DNA of 64,000 bases, taken from an uncultured Anaerolineaceae bacterium. Its GTDB lineage: Bacteria > Chloroflexota > Limnocylindria > Limnocylindrales > CSP1-4. The DNA is taken from contig CAZABC010000002.1 in the NCBI GenBank assembly GCA_964483405.1, positions 108,355-172,354 on the forward strand, written 5' to 3'. Below, in pieces: positions 57,243 to 64,000 of the stretch. The translations under genes and the position numbers were made by a program. Position 1 is the first letter of the stretch. Each line of letters begins with the position of its first letter. The notes below the pieces were generated by a model, which was given only the letters and a program-made list of their open reading frames with translations, made no database searches and had not been told where the DNA came from.

Positions 57243-58319
57243 CTACGGCGCGATGCGCCCGTGCCGGACGATCTCGTCGCCGGAGTCGAAGCGGCACTTG
57301 CCGTACAGGACGTCGCCGGCCGCGAGGTCGATGTCGGCCGTCACGTCCCAGGTCCGGACGCCCGACGCGTTGGTCGTCCCGGAGCGATACGCGCTGTCCG
57401 AGTAGTCCGCCTTGCGGACCGAGATGTACGCCCCCTGGCCGGTCATCCCCGGGCAGGTCAGCGTCACGACGTCGGAGCCGGGGTCGGCGGTGACCGTGAT
57501 CGCCGGGACCGTCAGCGTCGCGTCGCTGGCGAAGTCGCCGACCACCTTGTCGCCGGCCCGCGGGTAGACGGCGGTCCCGGCGCCGGTCCGGAACATCCCC
57601 GTGGCGTAGGTCTCGGATCCGCCCGGCGCGAGGTAGGCACGCCCGCGGACGGCGCCGGCCGACGTCCGCAGCTCGAGCTCGGTGACGCCCGGGTTGAGGT
57701 GACCCTCGGCCGTCGGCGACCCGCGGACGACCCGCATGTACTCGACCTGGCCGGAGTGCCGGAACTCGTCACCGGTCGTCGTGTTCGTGTACACGACGTA
57801 CACGTAGTCGCCACCGCGGAAGCCGCCATCGGCCGTCACGTCGACCGAGAAGGTGCCGCTCGCGGTCGCCGTGACGGTCTTGGCGATGGTGGGCCCGGGG
57901 CCGTAGGTCCCGGTCGCGTATCGATTGACCGTCACCGAGATCGACTTCCCGGCCGGCGCGAGCCCCGAGACGACGTCGCCGTTGCGGTCGGTCCGGACGC
58001 TGAACGCGGGGACGGTGATCGTCCGAGTGTAGCCGGACGTCTGGATGCGGACCTTCATCCCCGCGACGACCGGGAACGGTGCGCAGATGTAGCCGTTGCC
58101 CGAGCCGTCGGTCGTCGCCGCGGCGACGTCGAGCACGTCGGTCCCGTCGAGGATCGTGATGGTGTACACGACACCCGCACCGCCGGTCCAGTAGACGCAG
58201 CCCGAGCCGGGATACAGGAGCAGCTTCGGCGCGACGACCGCGCCGGCGGGTGCGCCGATGGCGCCGGCCAGCAGCCCGCCGGCGACGAAGGCCGCCATGA
58301 GGCGGCGACGGATGGACAT
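57243..58319 (-). CDS. Secreted beta-strand-rich (Ig-like) protein, paralogue 1
   Basis: Signal peptide MSIRRRLMAAFVAGGLLAGAIGAPAGA; Thr/Val/Gly-rich; four Cys. Confidence 0.8.
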   Translation of the reverse strand: MSIRRRLMAAFVAGGLLAGAIGAPAGAVVAPKLLLYPGSGCVYWTGGAGVVYTITILDGTDVLDVAAATTDGSGNGYICAPFPVVAGMKVRIQTSGYTRTITVPAFSVRTDRNGDVVSGLAPAGKSISVTVNRYATGTYGPGPTIAKTVTATASGTFSVDVTADGGFRGGDYVYVVYTNTTTGDEFRHSGQVEYMRVVRGSPTAEGHLNPGVTELELRTSAGAVRGRAYLAPGGSETYATGMFRTGAGTAVYPRAGDKVVGDFASDATLTVPAITVTADPGSDVVTLTCPGMTGQGAYISVRKADYSDSAYRSGTTNASGVRTWDVTADIDLAAGDVLYGKCRFDSGDEIVRHGRIAP

Positions 58320-58456
58320 CCCCGGGACCTCCGCGTACGCCCCGGGCACCCCGACGCCCGGGCAGGCGCCGATGGTGGCACCCGCCGAGGGCCGGGGCAA
58401 TGACCCGGACCGACCCGGACCGACCCGAGACGCTCGAAGCGCGCCTCGGTCCCGCG

Positions 58457-59545
58457 CTACGGGGCGACGACGGCGCGCACGTGGATCTCGTCGCCGGAGT
58501 CGAGCCGGCAGGTCCCCTCGAGCGCGTCGCCGACCTCGAGGTCGACCGACGCGGTCACGTCGTACGTCCGCACGCCGGATGCGCTGGTGACGCCGACCCT
58601 GGTGACCGACGCGGAGAAGTCCGCCCGCCTGGCCTCGACGATCGCGCCCTGACCGGGCATCCCGGGACAGGTGAGGGTGACGACATCGGTGGTCGGGTCC
58701 GCCACGATCGTGATGTCGGGGATGGTGAACGTCGCGTCCGGCGCGAGATCGCCGACGACCTTGTCGCCGGCGCGCGCCACGACGGTCGCGCCGTTGGCGG
58801 TCATGAAGCGCCCCCAGCTCGGGTTGTCCGGCAGGCCGACGAGCCTCGCCCGGCCGCGGATGCCCCCGGTCGCGTTCTGGAGGACGAGCTCGACCGGATC
58901 GCCGGGGCTGAGCCACCCGTCGACCCGGCTCGACCCCCGCTGGATCCTGGCGTGCTCGGCCGGGGCGCCGGTGAGCAACGAGTCGCCGGCCGCCGTCGTC
59001 ACCCAGACGCTCAGCGCGTCACCGCCCCGGAACCCGCCGTCCGCCGTCACGTCCACGGAGTAGGTGCCGGAGGCCGTCGCCGTGACGGTCCGCTCGTACG
59101 GCGCCGCGCCGTCGCTGTACGTCCCCGTCGCGTACCGATCGACCCCGACGTTCACGGTCCGGCCGGCCGGCGCCGCACCCGACACGACGTCGGTCGCCCG
59201 GTCATTCCGCATCGAGAATGCCGGGACGGTCATCGTCCGCGCGTACCCGGCGGTCACGGCCCTGAGCTTCTGGCCTGCCGTCGGCGCGTCGGCGAAGCAC
59301 GCCTGCCCCATGCCACCCCCATCGGTCGCGACGACGTCGCGGTCGAGGACGAGCGTCCCGTCCAGGCGCGAGACCGTGTAGGTCGTCGAGGCGGCCCCGT
59401 AGAAGTAGAGGCAGCTGTAGCGCAGGTCGACGCGGAACGTGACCGGCGTCGCTCCGCCGGCCGGCGCGGCCGGCACGACCGCCACGAAGCCGAGGAGCGC
59501 AGCCGCGAGGCCCGCCACCACGCCGCGAGATCCGGGAGCGCGCAT
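58457..59545 (-). CDS. Secreted beta-strand-rich (Ig-like) protein, paralogue 2
   Basis: Signal peptide; collinear with paralogue 1 (VDVTADGGFRGGD, DVVTLTCPGM.GQGA, DSGDEI). GAAGGAGG RBS. Confidence 0.8.
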   Translation of the reverse strand: MRAPGSRGVVAGLAAALLGFVAVVPAAPAGGATPVTFRVDLRYSCLYFYGAASTTYTVSRLDGTLVLDRDVVATDGGGMGQACFADAPTAGQKLRAVTAGYARTMTVPAFSMRNDRATDVVSGAAPAGRTVNVGVDRYATGTYSDGAAPYERTVTATASGTYSVDVTADGGFRGGDALSVWVTTAAGDSLLTGAPAEHARIQRGSSRVDGWLSPGDPVELVLQNATGGIRGRARLVGLPDNPSWGRFMTANGATVVARAGDKVVGDLAPDATFTIPDITIVADPTTDVVTLTCPGMPGQGAIVEARRADFSASVTRVGVTSASGVRTYDVTASVDLEVGDALEGTCRLDSGDEIHVRAVVAP

Positions 59546-59673
59546 GACCCGTCCTCCTTCGTCCCGGGACGCGTCATCGCGCCGATGCTCGGGCACCACG
59601 GGGTCGCGACGATAGGACCGGATGGCCCGAAGCGCGGCTTCGTCCCTGCTTCCGGGGGAAGGCCCGGCGGTGG

Positions 59674-59682
59674 TGCTAGACT
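59674..59682 (+). promoter_or_regulatory. Extended -10 promoter element for the sqdB operon
   Basis: TGC-TAGACT about 80 nt upstream of the start, which has an AAGGAGG RBS. Confidence 0.45.
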
Positions 59683-59760
59683 CCGCACGCCCGGGGGGAT
59701 GTCTCATGTCATCCCTGCGCGCCGCACGCGGCGCTTCATGTGACGTTCAAGGAGGCGGTG

Positions 59761-60948
59761 GTGGGTCAGCGGATCCTGGTGCTCGGCGGCGACGGCTATC
59801 TCGGATGGCCGACGGCGATGGCGTTCTCTCGCCAGGGCCATCGCGTCGCGGTCGTCGATAACTTCGCGAAGCGCCAGTGGGAGCTCGAGCTCGGCGTCCA
59901 GCCGCTCTTCCCGATCCCGACGCTCCACGAGCGGGCCCGCGCCTGGCGCGAGGTGAGCGAGAACGAGATCGAGGTCCACGTCGGCGACCTCGTCGACTAC
60001 GACTTCGTCGACGCGCTGCTCGCCGACTTCCAGCCGGACGCGATCGTCCACTACGGCCAGCAGCCGTCGGCGCCGTACTCGATGATCGACGTCAAGCACG
60101 CGACGTACACCCAGCGCAACAACGTCGTCGGCAACCTCAACCTGATCTTCGCGATCCGCGACCGGGCCATCGACACGCACCTCGTCAAGCTCGGCACGAT
60201 GGGCGAGTACGGGCAGCCGAACATCGACATCGAGGAGGGCTACCTCGAGGTCGAGCACAACGGCCGCAAGGAGACCTTTCTCTATCCCAAGCGCCCCGGC
60301 TCCTGGTACCACCTGAGCAAGGTCCACGACAGCCACAACATCGAGTTCGCCTGTCGCATCTGGGGGCTCCGGGCGACCGACCTCCACCAGGGCGTCGTCT
60401 ACGGCGTCGAGACCGACGAGTCGGCCCTCGACCCGCGGCTCGCGACCTCGTTCCACTACGACGAGGTCTTCGGGACCGCACTCAACCGCTTCTGCGTCCA
60501 GGCGGCGATCGGCCACCCGCTGACCGTCTACGGCAAGGGCGGCCAGACCCGTGGCTACCTCAACATCCGCGACACGATCGCCTGCGTCGGCCTCGCGGTG
60601 GCCAACCCGGCCGACCGTGGCGAGCTCCGCGTCTACAACCAGTTCACCGAGCAGTTCAGCGTGCTCGAGCTGGCCGAGAAGGTGAGGGTCGCGAGCGAGC
60701 ACCTCGGCTGGAGCGTCGAGGTCGCCCACACGACGAACCCGCGCAAGGAGCTCGAGGAGCACTACTACAACGCCAAGCACTCGAAGCTCGTCGAGCTCGG
60801 CCTCCAGCCCCGGCTGCTCAACGAGGAGCTCATCGACACGATGCTCCTCAAGATCAAGGCCAACGAGGCCCGGATCGACCGGGCGACGCTCGTCCAGAAC
60901 GTCCGCTGGGTGCCCGAGCATCTCGCCCAGCCCGTCGGCGCCCGCTGA
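59761..60948 (+). CDS. sqdB: UDP-sulfoquinovose synthase
   Basis: GGDGYLGWPTA, QQPSAPYSMID, HLVKLGTMGEYG, YHLSKVHDS, RATDLHQGVVYG, FGTALNRFC, GHPLTVYGKGGQTRG. Start placed after AAGGAGG. Confidence 0.9.
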   Translation: MGQRILVLGGDGYLGWPTAMAFSRQGHRVAVVDNFAKRQWELELGVQPLFPIPTLHERARAWREVSENEIEVHVGDLVDYDFVDALLADFQPDAIVHYGQQPSAPYSMIDVKHATYTQRNNVVGNLNLIFAIRDRAIDTHLVKLGTMGEYGQPNIDIEEGYLEVEHNGRKETFLYPKRPGSWYHLSKVHDSHNIEFACRIWGLRATDLHQGVVYGVETDESALDPRLATSFHYDEVFGTALNRFCVQAAIGHPLTVYGKGGQTRGYLNIRDTIACVGLAVANPADRGELRVYNQFTEQFSVLELAEKVRVASEHLGWSVEVAHTTNPRKELEEHYYNAKHSKLVELGLQPRLLNEELIDTMLLKIKANEARIDRATLVQNVRWVPEHLAQPVGAR

Positions 60949-60975
60949 CCGCCGGCTCCGTCCGGTAGCGGGCCG

Positions 60976-61953
60976 ATGCCCCGCACCGTCCTCGTCACCG
61001 GCGGCGCCGGGTTCATCGGCTCGAACCTGGCCCGCCTCCTCGTGGACCGGGGCGACCGCGTCCGGGTCTTCGACGACCTGTCGATCGGCTCGCTGCGCTA
61101 CCTCGACGGGATCCCCCACGAGCACGTCCACGCCACGCTCGCCGACCGAGCGGCCGTCGAGGCCGCCGTGCGGGGCGTCGACGCCGTCGTCCATCTCGCG
61201 GCGCGAGCGGGCATCCCCGACTCGGTCACCGACCCGCTCGGCACGTTCGAGGCGAACGTGACCCAGACGCTCGGCCTCCTCGACGCCGCGCGTCGCTCGG
61301 GGGCGACGCGCTTCGTCTTCGCCTCCTCGAATGCCGCCGCGGGCGACCACGAGCCGCCGGCCGACGAGACCGACCTCCCCCACCCCGTCTCGCCGTACGG
61401 CGCCTCGAAGCTCGCCGGCGAGGCCTACCTCCAGGCCTACGCCGCGACGTACGGGATGGCCGCCTGCTCGCTCCGCTTCTCGAACGCCTACGGGCCGAAC
61501 TCGCTCCACAAGAAGAGCGTGGTCGCCGCCTGGCTCCGGGCCGCGCTCGCCGGCCGCCCGGTCGTCATCCACGGCGACGGCGAGCAGACGCGCGACTTCG
61601 TCTTCGCCGGTGACCTCGCGGCCGCCGTCTGCGCGGTCATCGACGCGCCCGAGGAGGACGTGAGCGGCGAGCTGTTCCAGGCGGGCACGGGTCGCGAGAC
61701 GACGATCAACGGCCTCGTCGAGGCGATCCGGGTCGCGCTCGGGCGGCCGATCGAGGTCGTCCACGAACCGGGCCGGGCGGGCGACGTCCGACGAAACGTC
61801 AGCCGGGTCGACAAGGCGGCCCGGATCCTCGGCTACCGGGCGGCGGTGGCGCTGGAGGACGGACTGGCGACGACGGCTCGCTGGTACGAGGCCGCCCTGG
61901 CCGACCCCGAGCTGGCGGCCATCCGACCGCACGCGGCGTCCGGCTCCGAGTAG
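60976..61953 (+). CDS. NAD-dependent nucleotide-sugar epimerase/dehydratase (GalE-like)
   Basis: VTGGAGFIGS, YGASK, NAYGP, GDGEQTRDFV. Confidence 0.9.
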   Translation: MPRTVLVTGGAGFIGSNLARLLVDRGDRVRVFDDLSIGSLRYLDGIPHEHVHATLADRAAVEAAVRGVDAVVHLAARAGIPDSVTDPLGTFEANVTQTLGLLDAARRSGATRFVFASSNAAAGDHEPPADETDLPHPVSPYGASKLAGEAYLQAYAATYGMAACSLRFSNAYGPNSLHKKSVVAAWLRAALAGRPVVIHGDGEQTRDFVFAGDLAAAVCAVIDAPEEDVSGELFQAGTGRETTINGLVEAIRVALGRPIEVVHEPGRAGDVRRNVSRVDKAARILGYRAAVALEDGLATTARWYEAALADPELAAIRPHAASGSE

Positions 61954-61964
61954 GCCGCGGACCG

Positions 61965-63488
61965 GTGGCGACCGAGCCCGCCCCGGGGTCGGCGGTCCCC
62001 GCGTCTCCCGCCGGGGCCGCCGGACCCACCGCACCGGCGGAGCCGCCGCGCACCTCGCCGCTCGTCCGCGACGCGTTCGTCACGATCGGGACGCGCTTCG
62101 CCCTCGCGATCCTCATCTTCGGGACCGACATCGTCCTCGCCCGCCTGCTCGGGCCGGCGGCCAAGGGCCGGTTCACCCTCGTCCTGCTCTACTCGCAGCT
62201 CGCGGCTCTCATCCTCGGCTGGGGGATGGACCAGGCTCTCGCCGTCGTCGCCGGTCGCGACGTCGGGTCGGCCAGGCGGGGGCTCGCCAACGCGCTCTGG
62301 TGGACCGCCGTCGTCGGCGGCTTCGGGGTGGTCCTGTCGGCCTGGGCGTACGGGCTCGGCCACCCGGGCCCGCCGGACGGCCCGCTCGTCGCCTGGCTCC
62401 CCAACCTGTCCGCCCGCCAGTTCGTCTACGCCGCCCTCGCGATCCCGGGCGAGATGTTCTTCTCGATCGGGCTCTTCGCGCTGCTCGGGCGGCGGCTCGT
62501 CGTGGCCTACTCGGCCATCCGGATCCTCCGGCGGCTGGTCCTGCTCGTCCTCGTCGTCGCCATCGCGGCGGTGGCCCGGCTCAGCCTCGACATCGCCCTG
62601 GTGATGAACCTCGTCGCGCTCGGGCTCACGGCGTTCGCGATCGCCATCGTGGCCGCCCGGCATGGGCTGCTCACGGTCCGCCCGTCGCTCCCGCTCCTCG
62701 GCGAGGAACTCGCGTTCGGGACGCGGGCCGTCCCGGGCGCGCTCGCCGAGCGCCTCCAGTTCCGCGCCGATGCCTTCCTCGTCAACGCCTTCCTCGGCGT
62801 CCGGGCGACCGGCATCTACTCGGTCACGAGCGGGCTCGCGGAGATGCTGTGGTACATCCCGAACGCCCTCGGGGTCGTGATGTTCAGCCGGGCGGTCGAC
62901 CCGGGGGCCGACGCCGGCCGGATCGCGGCGGTCCTCACCAGGACGACGATCGCGGTCACGGCGCTCCTCGCGATCCCGATGTTCTTCATCGGCCCGTATC
63001 TCGTCCGCTTCTTCTACGGCCCGGCGTTCGCCGACGCAGGGGTGGCGCTCCGCTGGATCCTCCCGGGCGTCGTCGCCTACTCCGCCGTCGCCGTCCTGAC
63101 GCGGTACGTCACCGGGCGGGGGCGGCCCGGGACGACGACCTGGATCATGGTCGCAGGGCTGGGCGTGAACATCGCTGCCAACGTCGCCCTCATCCCGAGG
63201 CTCGGCATCAACGGCGCGGCGCTCTCGTCGTCGATCTCGTACGGTCTGACGGCGGCCCTGACCGTGGCCGTGTTCCTCCGGCTGTCGGGCCGCGGCGTGC
63301 TCGAGACGCTCATCGTGCGGCCCTCCGACGTCCGGGCCGCCGGACGGGCCTTCGCCGCCCTCGGGCGGCGGCTGCGCGGCCGACCGGTGCCGGCGGGCGA
63401 GGAGGCCGGCCCGGCGCTCGGCGTGACCGGCGGCGACACCGGGGCGGGCCTGGTCATCGAGGAGCGGGAGCTCGGCGACGAGCGCTAG
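61965..63488 (+). CDS. Oligosaccharide/polysaccharide flippase (Wzx-like, MOP superfamily)
   Basis: LARLLGPAAKG, RADAFLV, GIYSV, LIPRLGINGAA; 12 or more TMs. Confidence 0.88.
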   Translation: MATEPAPGSAVPASPAGAAGPTAPAEPPRTSPLVRDAFVTIGTRFALAILIFGTDIVLARLLGPAAKGRFTLVLLYSQLAALILGWGMDQALAVVAGRDVGSARRGLANALWWTAVVGGFGVVLSAWAYGLGHPGPPDGPLVAWLPNLSARQFVYAALAIPGEMFFSIGLFALLGRRLVVAYSAIRILRRLVLLVLVVAIAAVARLSLDIALVMNLVALGLTAFAIAIVAARHGLLTVRPSLPLLGEELAFGTRAVPGALAERLQFRADAFLVNAFLGVRATGIYSVTSGLAEMLWYIPNALGVVMFSRAVDPGADAGRIAAVLTRTTIAVTALLAIPMFFIGPYLVRFFYGPAFADAGVALRWILPGVVAYSAVAVLTRYVTGRGRPGTTTWIMVAGLGVNIAANVALIPRLGINGAALSSSISYGLTAALTVAVFLRLSGRGVLETLIVRPSDVRAAGRAFAALGRRLRGRPVPAGEEAGPALGVTGGDTGAGLVIEERELGDER

Positions 63489-63604
63489 CGGCCCGGCACG
63501 TCGCCGGCGGCGACGACGGCGCCGTCACCCCGGGGACCCCCGGCGACTCGCGACAGGACCGACGGGCCATGGCGCTGCGGCCGTGGCCGGCCGACGATCG
63601 GGCC

Positions 63605-64000
63605 ATGCACCGGTCCGTGCGCCGTCTCGCCGCGCTTGCCGCGCTCGCCGCCGTCGTCGGGGGCTCCGTCTCGCTCGCCCCGGCTCGCCCGGCATCGGCC
63701 GTCGTCGCGCCGCCGGATCCGGCGACGATCCCGTTCGCGACGTGGGAGGTACCGGTCGGCGACGTCGGGGCGATCGGGTCCCCGCGGACGGAGCTCCTCG
63801 TCAAGGCGTTCAGCCCGACGATGGACCCGGTGAAGTACCTCGACGCCGCGCAGGCGGCCGGCCAGAAGGTCGTCCTCTACTTCACCGACACGGTCGACTA
63901 CACGACCGGGGTCGTCTATCCGTCGCGGATCGCGAAGTGGGTCGCCCGGGTGCGGGGGCACCCCGCGCTCCACGGCTACCTCTCGGTCAAGGAGCCGTCG
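63605..64000 (+). CDS. Secreted glycoside-hydrolase-like (TIM-barrel) protein, truncated at the window edge
   Basis: Translated by hand from ATG 63605: MHRSVRRLAALAALAAVVGGSVSLAPARPASA...YLDAAQAAGQKVVLY...RVRGHPALHGYLSVKEPS; open to the window end. Confidence 0.65.
   Translation, partial: MHRSVRRLAALAALAAVVGGSVSLAPARPASAVVAPPDPATIPFATWEVPVGDVGAIGSPRTELLVKAFSPTMDPVKYLDAAQAAGQKVVLYFTDTVDYTTGVVYPSRIAKWVARVRGHPALHGYLSVKEPS

Overview
Very GC-rich, densely coding bacterial chromosomal window with about 56 CDS. The two edge genes are truncated. Gene content suggests Chloroflexota, possibly Limnocylindria-like; this is an inference, not a database result. I found no rRNA, tRNA, CRISPR array, integrase or transposase. 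Left to right: peptide-type ABC substrate-binding protein, sarcosine-oxidase-like flavoenzyme, Rieske oxygenase, Nudix and CocE/NonD hydrolases; a cyclic-nucleotide module (two stand-alone cNMP-binding proteins, a class III cyclase-STAND-TPR protein, a FOXRED2-like flavoprotein); thyX and punA; an intergenic cluster of DnaA-box-like motifs; moaA; a coiled-coil protein plus receiver-MinD/CpaE ATPase; acs; MscS; IclR plus class III aminotransferase; a C45/C50-type carotenoid operon with a lycopene-elongase::GT2 fusion; DUF885; a degenerate DNA-methyltransferase/Zn-ribbon/nuclease-fold protein; MoxR-DUF58-DUF4129; a Tat-exported Asp-ligated (type II) molybdoenzyme operon with NrfC/NrfD-type partners, headed by a tiny Tat/CCHC protein; polX; an MBL hydrolase; two diguanylate cyclases; two paralogous secreted beta-rich proteins; and an sqdB-epimerase-flippase glycan cluster. 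Best candidates for undescribed biology: the molybdoenzyme operon and its small Tat-CCHC protein, the carotenoid elongase-glycosyltransferase fusion, the cNMP module, the DnaA-box cluster and the degenerate MTase-nuclease protein. All calls come from motif recognition by eye. No searches were run.
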